Positions 53,122 to 64,000 of a stretch of 64,000 bases of DNA are shown here, piece after piece; positions within the stretch are counted from its first letter, which is position 1, and each line of letters starts with the position of its first letter. This stretch comes from Camelus dromedarius (Eukaryota). The stretch is from contig NC_087472.1 in assembly GCF_036321535.1 (NCBI RefSeq), positions 94,552,001 to 94,616,000 on the forward strand, read 5' to 3'. Both the position numbers and the translations under genes were made by a program. The notes under the pieces are model-generated. The model worked only from the letters and a program-made list of their open reading frames with translations, did no database searches and had not been told where the DNA came from.

Positions 53122-53499
53122 GTGGCAATATTGAGTTTTCCAATCCATGGCTAGAGTAAACGTTTTTAACAGGAAAGAGTACTTTCAGTACAGTAAGAGA
53201 AGTGGTTGGTATTAGATGCATAGACGGTCCATCCATTCTACCAATATTAAGTCCAATATTCCACCAATATTACAGTGAGAAGTTTGATATAAGAAGAAGG
53301 AGAGGTTTTATTCTGATTGCTTCCATTTTTCTCAGATAGATTAGTTACAAGATCGTCATCTGAGAGACAGAACAAAGAGTGATATTTCATGAGAGGTATT
53401 AAGTTGTGAAAAGGTCTTTAGGGAGTGGGAGAATGAAATAAGACTTTGTGAGAGAACTGTGAGACACTGTTGAGTATTCTGTTACTGCTTTGGGGGCAT

Positions 53500-53762
53500 C
53501 CTGTGACTGTGGACCTGAACTGGCTCAAGCTAGCTTGCTGAACATAGATTCCCCGTCACTCCTATCATCCCAGGCAACAGCCAGCACAAATGGATTGCCA
53601 GAACCCACCACCAGACATAGAATTAAGACCAGGTAACTTCAAGTCACATGAGTGAGCCCTGATGAGACCAGCAGGACTGTCCAGCTGGGCCCAACCTAAA
53701 TGACTGATCCACACAACTGTGAGCTAAAAAATGTTGCTTTAGAGTTTTGAGATTTGTTTTCC
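53500..53762 (+). mobile_element. MLT1 (F/G/H-like) LTR fragment
   Basis: ccagcaggactgtccagctgggcccaacctaaatgactgatccacacaactgtgagctaaa. Confidence 0.6.
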
Positions 53763-53842
53763 AGATTGATTATTAATTACTTAGTACAGTACTTCCTATG
53801 AGTCAAGCATTGTTTTTCTGACTTCACATTTATTAGTTTATT

Positions 53843-53956
53843 TTAGCATGACCACTTTTTCCCAGTGTGCCCAGGACCTGCCTGGTTTTAGCACTGAAGG
53901 TTGCACATCTCAGGAAACTCCTCAGTCCTTGGCAAAGCAGAACAGTTGGTCACTCT
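53843..53956 (+). mobile_element. MER94-like hAT-Blackjack MITE
   Basis: tagcatgacca...cctggttttagcactgaagg...ggaaactcctcagtccttggcaaagcagaacagttggtcactcta (TIR-like ends). Confidence 0.75.
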
Positions 53957-54081
53957 ACATTTAGCCCTCTCTCTCTTTCCTTATCACTTCAAGGTTGTCT
54001 GTTGCATGTAAAGTATGTAGAAGCTTGTATATAGATATTATATAGGAGAAAGCATTTAATATATCCCCTCCATCATTACGT

Positions 54082-54220
54082 AGGTGATCTTGGGCAATTT
54101 AGAGTCTGTTTCTTGTCTGTATAATGAAGATAACAGTATTACCTACTCACAGGGTAGTGGGAGGAATTAAACAAGGTTGACGGTTGCTTAGAAGAGTTCT
54201 TGGTTCTACATTAGTTAACT
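54082..54220 (+). mobile_element. MIR fragment
   Basis: gtgatcttgggcaattt...tgtttcttgtctgtataatgaagataacagtattacctactcacagggtagtgggaggaattaaa. Confidence 0.75.
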
Positions 54221-57149
54221 ATTGTCAAAATTGCTATTAAATCATGGTCAGAAGTCTCTGTACTGATAGAGTGGCCACACGAAGGTGGTATTGCTTTCAG
54301 TATACCGTGGGTACTGCTTTCAATAACACAGCATGCAAATGATTATTAGCAGAGAAACTGACATTTTAGCTTTAGTTGAAATCTATTATTTCCAGTCTCT
54401 GGTAGTATTGAATTCAGTTAATTTGGAAGGAAGAGGGAAGGCTTTGATTCAATGCTTGATAAGCCCATCTTGGAGGGTGCATATTGCACTGTTGTTCATG
54501 TGAGCCTGGTGAGTGGAAGTTACGAATTTTAAAAAATGAGATTTAGTCATAATCATAGTAACTTATCTACTGTGGATTAAATATTAATAGTAATTTTCAG
54601 CAAAGTGATATAATTATTTGGGGCAGGGGTTATCAGTAGCATTTGAATATTTTTAACACATCTTTCAAAGGAAATAATAAAACAGATTTAAGCAAAAAAA
54701 AATCATAAAGTCCCTATTATTTTAGAGAAGAATAGTGAATGTAAATTTTTACCATGTTACTGATACCCTTTAAATAGAATCATAATTAAAATCTGCCTTC
54801 TGGAAGAAAAACATTTCCCCGCATTCACAATGCTAGCCGAGTGATTATATGTGTTCGACTTGCTCTGAATATGACCTGAAAGGCAGAAAATAAAAAGGGA
54901 TTAATTCTACCAGTTAAGTGGAATCCAGGGGAAAGAGAAAAGAAGAATTAAAAATGGTATTAGAGAAAAAAAATGGTATTAGAGAAAAGCAAAAGTGAAT
55001 ATAGCGTTAAATATTGGAAAGCAAATTCATATTGGCTATTTTCAGAGGAAGAAACATAGAATTTTATAATAACCCATTGAGTCTGTCTCCCATTCCACGG
55101 ACTTGGTGTTCCTTCAAAGAATAAAGTGGTTAATTGTTCTGATCTTTACCTAGTTTTCCTGGAACCAGAAGTTCCAGGAAACAGCATAAGCACTGAGAAT
55201 GTGTTAAGTGCCTTCCATATTGAGCAGAGAACGCCCATTCTACTTGTGAGAGGGGTAAACATGGAAAAGGTGTAAGGTTCATATTCGATAGGTTTATAAA
55301 AGCCTAGTTTAGAACCATGAATAAAAGAGTCAGAATTTGAGTATGTGTGTGTGTGGTAAGTGTGTGTGTGTGACAAGGCAGGGAGGTTTTTACTGCCTTC
55401 ATGAGCTGGGCGGCGACATGAGTGAGCTGACTTGTTGCCATGAATAATGAGCAGAGTTTGCCTGACATCTCAGGCCATCCTCCACGTGATTGTGGCGTTC
55501 TTCACCTTGCTTAGTTTCACTAGATTAACCACGTTGATGAGCTAGCTCTCTCCAAATAAGTTTGGCATCATGATGTACCGAGGTATATTTTCCTCTTTTC
55601 TGCTTTTAATTTCCCTTCTGCAAACTTTGCCTTGTCAGTCTCGAGTCCCTTTGGAGTATTAGTTTTTGCTTTGTCCATTCTTTAGTCAGTATCTTAACAG
55701 GGTATATGGAGTTGTAAATGTAGAATCTTTATAAACAGAAAAGTTCTTGCTCCTTGAATCTCTTCTTCATGAATAAGATGTTTCCCCTATTGTTTTAAAG
55801 ATTCTTACATATTATTTAGATCTGTTTGATGACAAAATGTAATTAAAAATATACACAAGAGCAAAATTATTGTCTAGGTCACTACCTATATAACCTGTTT
55901 ACTGGCACTAATAAATTATACTTTTTCTGACAATGAAATAAACAAATAGTCATCTTGGAAAACTAACAAAATCACACACACAGAGCAAGAATAAAGTTAT
56001 AGAAATACAAACCATTTCATTTCCATCTTGTCTTTTTTCTTTGCATTTTTTTTCTGTATATTTCCCTCCAAACTGAAATCGTACTACATGTACTGATTCA
56101 TAACACTGGCTTTGCACACTTTACATGTCACAAAATATTTCCTGTATTTTGATGTTAATAGTTACATAGTGATAATAATAGCCACAGTCTACTCAAGGCC
56201 AGGTTCTAGTCTAACTAATTTTCAGGCACATCTCAATAATCTGCACAGTACGAATTTGAGGTGGGTAATACCTTTATTTTAGATATAAGAAAACTAAGTC
56301 TTTAACAGAATAAGTAACTTGCTGCTGATCATACTGCTAATAAGTACTAGAGCAGTGATTCAAATACTGGTATTATGGTTTACAAAACATGCATTTCTTT
56401 ATAACTTTATTTTGCCAACTCCTGATAATATTCAATGGAATGGATAAAGAATAATTTGTTCTCCCAGTCTTGTTGGACATTTAGTGGTGTTACAAAATAT
56501 TCAGTGTTACAATTTGCCTTGTATTAAGCATTCTTTTATAAGAACTCATATTCATAATTCTCAATTCATTTAAGACAAATTCCTAGAAATGTAACTACTA
56601 GGTTAAGGCTCTGAATAGTTTTAAAACTTGTGACATATATTGCCAAACTGCACTAAATAAGGTATTTTTTTTTTCAATTAAATACCATTCCACTGGCAGT
56701 GTTTCATTTTAAAGATTTTTTTGCAAATGTCCTTTTCATCTTTTTTAATGTGATCTATATTTATACAGACGATCGTTCATAATTTTATTATCCCCAATCT
56801 GGGGTGATATGTTTAGAACTAGATCTAGATATATATTTCCCCAGGATTTTCAAACAAATGATACCCTATTTACATTATAGTATATTTCTTTCATCACTAT
56901 TAAAATCTGTTGACGATAGTTCTTTTCAGTTTGTCATTCATGTGCTTTGCCTTTTAAAAAATACATCTATCTTAACTAATTTTAAATGTAAACTCTCACT
57001 GAATTGTAACTAGTTGATGTTTAGGATCATTCTCTTCTTTTACGGCATTATGAAATGAACAGGGCAAATGACCTCCCAGAACGATCCCTTGCAGCTGATC
57101 GTTGACATGTAAATAAATTCTGGTCAACAGGGTATAGTGAAAATGTTAT

Positions 57150-57625
57150 GTGGTAGATTCCAGGCGCTTTCCCTTGGTGACTCGGTTCTGTAGTGTGACT
57201 TTCAGATCCATTCTGAGAACTACAATTGATGAGTCAACTTTTGCTCTAAATTTCAGTTGTCTACAACCTTTCTTTCTCACGCGTTTGTGAGTTGGCTGTG
57301 GCAGCTCTATTTCAGGCTACAGGTCAGGCTCAATTATACTTCACAGGTTTATCATTCTGAGATCCAGGCTGAAGTAGCAGCAGCTTGCTAGACCACGCTC
57401 TTCTCATGGTGGACGGCAGGTACATGAGAGAGTGAGTGGAAACGAAAGATTATTCTTAAAGCATCTTCTCAGAACTGGCATAGTTGCACATTCACCTGTT
57501 CAAAGTGGATGAGATGGTGACATGGATGGAGACATGTATTCTGCCTGTTTTACTGGTAGACACTTCACTGTCACATGGCAGAGAGCTTGAGTGTACAACC
57601 CTATAACATGGAGCAGAGCTGGCAA
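57150..57625 (-). mobile_element. Old MLT1 (H/I/J-like) LTR
   Basis: atccaggctgaagtagcagc...gctcttctcatgg...ctcagaactggca...tcacatggcagag. Confidence 0.6.
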
Positions 57626-59899
57626 CAATAATCCAATCTACCGCACTCAGATTGCATTCCGTTTCTAAAATCAAGGAGACTATGAGCCATTGAATTTGCT
57701 ATAAAAAAAAGTTCCATTCTCACTTTATCTTGAGTGGCTTCTGTTCTCTGCAGATAAATCCTGACTGACGTTGTCTGGAACATTTCATTTTTAAACTCAT
57801 CTGCAATTATCTGCGTCAAGGCCAGAAGGAAGACAGAGTGTTCATCTGACATTTCTACCACTAAGTATGTTCTTTCCCCTCTACTCTGTGAGGCAGCATG
57901 CTCTTTCAAGTGGGATAGCCACCCTCTTAGGGGTGGAACATGTGATAGCATCTTATTTCAAACAAGAATGGATAGATATTGAAGTACAGTGGAGTTGGGG
58001 ACAATCTTGGGTTGGATCGCATAGTAATTAGAATCTATAAATGCCCAGGGAAAGAATTAAACCAATAGAGTGATGAACGCTAAAGAAGTCAGAGTGCTGT
58101 TCTGAATATGAGCAGCTATTTAAGTACAACAAGCATGGCAGATGGGAATATCATTAGAGTCAGCAGTAGATCTAGACTGGTCAGTAACAGGATATGCTGA
58201 ACTGATCAGTGTTGGCTCTCTGAGTGTGAGCAGTTAGGCTGTTGAAGAGAATTTACAGGTAGATATACATGTGGGAGTTATGTGTATACCCATTTTTCAG
58301 TGTAGAGAGGAATTGAATTTGTTTTCCAGAATTACTGTTTTCAGTTAGTTATGCAAAAATCCTCATCTAGGTAGGGGCCATTTGAAAAAGGCGGGAAAAG
58401 GTGAATGAAAGGGAGAAGAAATCAAAGTCAGGGTAGAATTAGTTTCAATTCAATTCAGGTCGTTATTAATGGCAGAAATAAAATTAAAGAAGTTTTTTGG
58501 GGGGGCCACATTCAGTTTAGGAAGAGTGATTTCTCCTCCAAGAGTTCTGATCTTCCTTAAGTAGTATGACATTTTCCCTTTGTACTGTTTACCCACTTCA
58601 AGGGAGCTCAATATGATTTCCAGTCAAAAGAATATGAGACTCTACTAGGCAAAACTTGAAACACAGTATATAGTACCTTTAGAAATAAACCTCTGGCATA
58701 TACTTCTGCTCTCAAACACATATATTATATTCCTCGAAGCATATAGGGAGGATTGAATAAGATTTTGTTCAGTTATCCAAATAATCAATATCATCAGGTA
58801 CATTGTTCCTGTAGCTGCTTCCACTCCACCAGTTATCCACGTGAAACTCATCTTTGTTCTTCACGGTGGTCAACACATCCATAAACAATCTACATTTATT
58901 AGGTTAAATAACCTCATTTTAGAAAACTCAATTCTGTGTGTGCCCAAGTGGGAGGTATCAATATATCTTTGAAAACCATAGAAAACTTTATTGCTTCCTA
59001 TTATCTGGAGACTTGACTAGTAAAACAACAGAGGTCACTACTCACCAGGAGAGCTAGAGGCTATGAGTTGGGTTAAATATGTGAAAAGAGAAGACAGATA
59101 AAGTGTTTCTCAGAAGCACTATGTATGCATTAGGGGGATCAGAGGACAAATAAAAAATGTTATTGGAGTCATGAGGACATAGTCTAGGGTCATTAAATCC
59201 AGCATCTAAGGGATGGGGTAGCAGAACCTAGAGCATTAGGCTAAGGGAATAAAGACCAATGAGCTGGAACTCAGGTACATTATTTTGTGGCAAAGGTAAA
59301 ATAGAAACTCTGGGCAGAATCTAGGAATTAGATCTGAGTAACAATCCTTACACACACACTGCAAGAAATACATTTGGTGTTTGTAACTAGTTAAGGAAAA
59401 AGATTAATTTTCATAAGTTTCAAGTGGAATTAGTCTCCTTACATTAGAATGTCTTCCAGACTCAGAAATGATCCCAAGGAATAAATTATCCCTAGTCCAT
59501 GGGTTGAAGTAGGTAAGCAGACTTGAGTCAGGACCCTACCCTCCCTCGTCTTCTGTGGTTTGGATTTGTAACTTCTGTATCTATGCTCCCTAATCTCTAA
59601 TTCAGATACCACTATGACAGGGTTTAAATTAATCTTTGCATAGCTTTTCATTCAGAATTTTACTCTTTCAAACATTGCTTGAAAACATAGGTCTAGAGTA
59701 GGACTTTACATTTCATAACATTTAGGAAAGCTATTTAGAAAGTTGTAGTGCACCAAAAAAATGTTACATGACTACACTTTTTCTCCAGTGGAGCTCTGTA
59801 CTTGTCTCCAGACTCAAAAGCATTTGTCTCCATTCATATGTGTATAATAGACATTCAGCACCTTACAGTCCACTCTAATATTCTCCTCTATTCCTTTAA

Positions 59900-60980
59900 G
59901 TATGCTGCTATTTTGCATCTCATGTCATTAGGGTATAATATCCATCACTCTTTGTTGAAACCATCCACAGCTCCTTAAACTCTTGCCCGTTACTTTACTA
60001 ATCTGTTAGCACCTAGTTCATTGATATTTTCTGTTACATGACTCCTGTTATAATTTTACCTGATAGCTGATTCCAGTATCTGTTTTGATGACCATTCAAA
60101 TATTTAACTATCAATCCTTGACTTTCCTTTTATCCAATGATTGTCTTCCATCATATCTTAACCATAAACTAATGGCCATAGAATTTGTTACTGCCAGTAA
60201 ATATAACCTCTTCAGAATCCCAGTTCAAAGCTCCCACCCTTCAATTACCATCTGCCATCTTTCAACTTACTTCTTCAACCCAACCACCAGTGTACCTTCA
60301 ATTGATAAATTTTATAATCTTTTTTATCTCTCCTGTCCCTCTTGTCCTCATTTCCTTTGTTAACTTAAATTTCCTGCTCAGTCATTATTACTCCTTTCTT
60401 GGTAGATCCTCAAATCTCTTGCCCTTCTCTTACTAAGTCATACCTTCTTGGACAGACTACAGCTGATTAAATCCAGTTTTCTGCTTAGTCCTTAATGGCA
60501 CACATATAGTTAAATATAGCTGGAGCGAACCAGACACATGGTATTTAGTCCCACTTAGATTCATTGTCACTCACCTCATGTGATCCTAATGCTGTTCAGC
60601 AGTCATGCTATATTTCCCTGTCCAGTCTCTCCTCGGGGACTAGTTTATAATTCTTTCTCTGCACTTTTCCAAGACCTCCTTTTCCATGATCACCTTCACC
60701 TAATGATACTATATTCCATTTCACTGAAAAAAAAAATGATAAAGCAATCAGAAGAAAATACAAGTTTCTACCACCATATCTAACCACTTACCTTTACCCA
60801 TGTCTACGTGCTCTAGAATCTCTGGATGGACTATCGATATACCTAGACAAGGCCAAAGTCTCCACTGGTGAACCATATCCCTTCTCTACCGAGTCAAGCG
60901 CTTTGTCCCGGCAAGACTCCTCTTTCTTTATTGAATCAATATGCTTTCTATCTACTGGCTCATTTCCATCTGCATAAAAT
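59900..60980 (+). mobile_element. L2 LINE internal (ORF2-derived) remnant
   Basis: Pyrimidine-rich; tccatttcactgaaaaa...aagcaatcagaagaa; aaggccaaagtctccact; tctatctactggctcatttccatctgcata. Confidence 0.65.
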
Positions 60981-61029
60981 TTACCTCACATCTAGCATCA
61001 GCTACAGCCATAGTTCTGTGGATTGCTTC

Positions 61030-61600
61030 TCATGAATTTTGTCCACCTTTCAATTTGATTGTTTTATTTTTTATGCTTTATAGTAATAAATTGGCACATT
61101 ATTGATATTAATCCTATGTCTGAGGTATACTTTGCAAATATTATCCTGTAATTTTATACTTGATACTGAAGTTTGTGCTGTCATTTGCCAGATGAACAAA
61201 TTTAGTACAGTCAAATTTATATGATTTCCTTTTAAAAATTGTTGTTCTTTCCTGTTAAGGAAGCCATTCCTAGCTCAAGTTCCTAAACATTGTACTTACA
61301 TAGTTTGTTTTATTTTTTCTTTGGATTAAGTCTTTAATGCATCTTAAATTTTATTTTTATAAGTAGTGTAAGTTACAGATCAACCTTTATTTAATTTACT
61401 TTTGTTTTCTGCAAATGGATATCAAATGGACTCACGTCTCAAGCAAACTTCTGTTTTTTTCCCTCCTGGTTTCAAATAGCATCTTTATTGTACACATAAC
61501 TTTAACATAAATTTGTGTCTGTCTTACCTCTTAATTCTGTTCCACTGTTCTGTTTTCCATTCTCCTGCTAACATTATGCATTAATTTTTCTAGATATTTT
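61030..61600 (-). mobile_element. Ancient L1 (L1ME-like) ORF2 remnant
   Basis: gatattaatcctatgtct...ttgcaaatatt; gtcaaattt; aagtctttaatgcatcttaaattttattttt; attctgttccactg. Confidence 0.6.
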
Positions 61601-62953
61601 ATCAGACTCAGTTATCATAGTTCCTTGAGACATAATGAGAAGATGAAATATACAAAATGGATTCTTTCCGGAAGTTGTATTATTAATGTTTCTATAGTTT
61701 AAGTAGAACAAAGAAAGGTCAGCATGTGGCTCTTAACTAATCAAGTGTTTATGTATATACTTTTCAAGAGAATAGCCATTATAAATGCAAGATTTGCTCC
61801 TCTGAGCTGTTCTCTCTCTTCAGCAAATGCTCAGAATGACAAGTTTAAAGCATCTGTAACTTCATTAGCTCCCCGCTTATTTTCCAATTGTTACCAAGTA
61901 GCAAAGGCAACAGAAAATCAATTGCTTCCTTTTCTGATCCCACCGGGAAAGACAGTTTGAGAAACAATCACCAGTTATCCCATTGCAATCAGCATATTAT
62001 GGCAACCTACTATGTCCAAACTGACTTTAGTTTAAATTACTTGGAAAATTAAAGTAAGGTACACTTGTAAGAGGATGCCAAATCAATCTAGTGGGTTTTG
62101 TTTCCCTTTCAGTAGAATAGATATTACTATATACATAAATAAAGAAGTAATTTAAATATTAAGGCAAAACATTTTAACATCAGAAATTAATTTATTAAAA
62201 TGTATGATCATGGTTAATATATATTCATATAAATTAATTTCTAAAGATAGAAAATCTCATTAAATCAACTAATGCTGTATACCTATTGTTTCAATATATA
62301 CTCCTTTGTTTTGAAAGCTGAGGACGAATCCTGAAGCAGATTGCTCGGTGTCCTCACAAATATGATCATCCTTCCTCTTACAATTTCTTTAACACTTAAA
62401 AAGCTTTCTGTTTTTCTAAAAGTACCTCACGTATTGTCTTTTAAAATATACCAATAATACCTTATATTTGCGCAGAACTATAACATTTACACTGTGCTTT
62501 CAAATACATCTCTGTTATTTTCATAAATCAGACGAAGGCTTTTAATCACAGTTGCTAAGATTGTGGCTCTTAGGAAGAAGCCAGGTTTGGGAGAGAGTTG
62601 GGAAGAATAGTTATATTCTGTTTTCTGATGTTTGTGTGTAAATAAATGCCCCACATCCCACCCGGTTCCCTTTTCCCTTTATCTATCCTCGAGAGGGCTA
62701 CTTGGAATCATAAAGTAGAAATAATTGCCTTTGAGGTAATCTGTTCAGAAATCAGAACTTGTAAATCTCCCAGTTTCCATTGATGTCACCCCCTTTCATT
62801 TCCTGCCACCATGGGGGTAATGCAGACCTCCTAATCTTTGAGCTTCCTGTTTAGCCTGATTCTAAAACATCTACTTTGGCTTCAGCTGAGTCCTCAACAC
62901 AATGAATAGGGATTGAAATGTAAGTAAAATGAAGACTTTTGTGTTAATCTTAT

Positions 62954-63531
62954 TGTTGCTGAAAGATCGCCCGTCCCTGATGAGCTGAATAACCCAGAGA
63001 CCGGGTCTTGGAGCTTAGAAGGAAAGACGCAGCTTCATTGCTTTGCCGGGCAAAGGGGACTCACAGCAGGCTAGTGCCTTCAAAACTGTGAACCCACCGT
63101 GGGGATGGGGCAGGGTGGTTATATAGCCATAGCTCAAACAATAAAGCAGAATCATTTTCTCATCAGAAGACTTAGAATGGCGTCATGATGCCTCCAGGTG
63201 ACCAATTCTGTAGAGGCTAGTGGTTGTCCCTCTTTCCATCTCTTTATCTGAGAAGCACCCAAAGTGTGGTCTTCTTGGTAATTCAGGCTATTTTGTAAGG
63301 TTACAGTCCTGTGACCTTCTCCTTAGAGAACAACTCAGAGACCAAGCATAATTATTGCTTTCGATTACTGGAATAAAGTAGAGACAGTAAGATCAATAGC
63401 TTTAGTTTTAACAGTGGGCCTGGAGCTGTGGGTAGCAACCGGTCAGTCAGGTTTCTTGACTGTTCTAAGGGCAAGCAGAAGAATAAGCAATCTGTTAGCC
63501 TAAGTGTGGCCATTTTATTAATCCTCCTTCA
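62954..63531 (-). mobile_element. Complete ERV1-type solo LTR (578 bp)
   Basis: TG...CA termini; 4-bp TSD ttat (62950-62953 and 63532-63535); on the minus strand a TATA-like gctatataacc precedes a variant poly(A) signal (aatgaa); several CpGs retained. Confidence 0.8.
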
Positions 63532-64000
63532 TTATGGCTAAGGAAAAAAAGCTAAGCTATTTTTATTATTATAGTACCAAGCATAAAGTTAGCATCACAT
63601 TTATTCTTTTAGTAGTTCTGACTTATTAAAATATTAGGTATAAAGGTGTAGTGTTAGTTGGATATTTTTCCTAGGCTTCTTAGTGATCCGTCTCTCCATG
63701 ATTTCCCTCATAGTATTTAATTTCTCTCTTACCTGACTGTTGGAATAGAACATACTTTGCTATTCAGATAAATGTTTGATAATTATCTTGAGTTACATCG
63801 TGATCCTCAAGGTAATATGAAGGGAAAGGGACCTAAAATGAGGTAACGGTCAATGATCAAATATTATTTAAGTGGGTATTCAAGAAATAGTAGATGTTTC
63901 ATGAGGCAATTTATGAGGAAGGAAAAAGAAGAAAGGAACACACACTTCAGCATTGGAACTCTATAAACCCTATAAACTGCAAGAAAAGTCACAAACTGGG

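Noticed and set aside
55524..55582. Plus-strand coding exon (ctag|...GAG|gtatat)
   Set aside because: Stops in all three frames and a weak donor.
58768..58888. Minus-strand short ORF or exon (MDVLTTVKNKDEFHVDNWW...)
   Set aside because: No polypyrimidine tract at the putative acceptor, short, and no recognisable protein.
1..64000. CRISPR array, operon or other prokaryotic system; intact autonomous transposon
   Set aside because: Sequence is mammalian, has no regularly spaced repeats, and all transposon ORFs are fragmentary.

Overview
This is mammalian non-coding DNA, AT-rich and CpG-poor, with no CpG island and no host protein-coding exon I can recognise. It is probably an intergenic region or a large intron. 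Two tRNA-Ala-derived SINEs of the vic-1 type, and no Alu, B1, Bov-A/BovB, PRE-1 or CAN-SINE, point to a camelid genome. Much of the window is interspersed repeats: a long decayed Tigger2-like transposon (142-2360), L1 pieces of many ages, MaLR/ERVL/ERV1 solo LTRs, hAT and TcMar MITEs, L2 and MIR. Every ORF-track protein with recognisable motifs is a Tigger or L1 remnant. The most interesting object is a ~345-bp mini-L1 (44360-44704, minus strand). It joins the extreme 5' promoter end of an L1 directly to the last ~165 nt of an L1 3'UTR plus A-tail, inside one 16-bp target-site duplication (TSD). It is a candidate spliced L1 retrocopy or non-autonomous L1-derived family. Repeat family names are from recall of consensus sequences, not from a database search, and boundaries are approximate unless TSDs are given.
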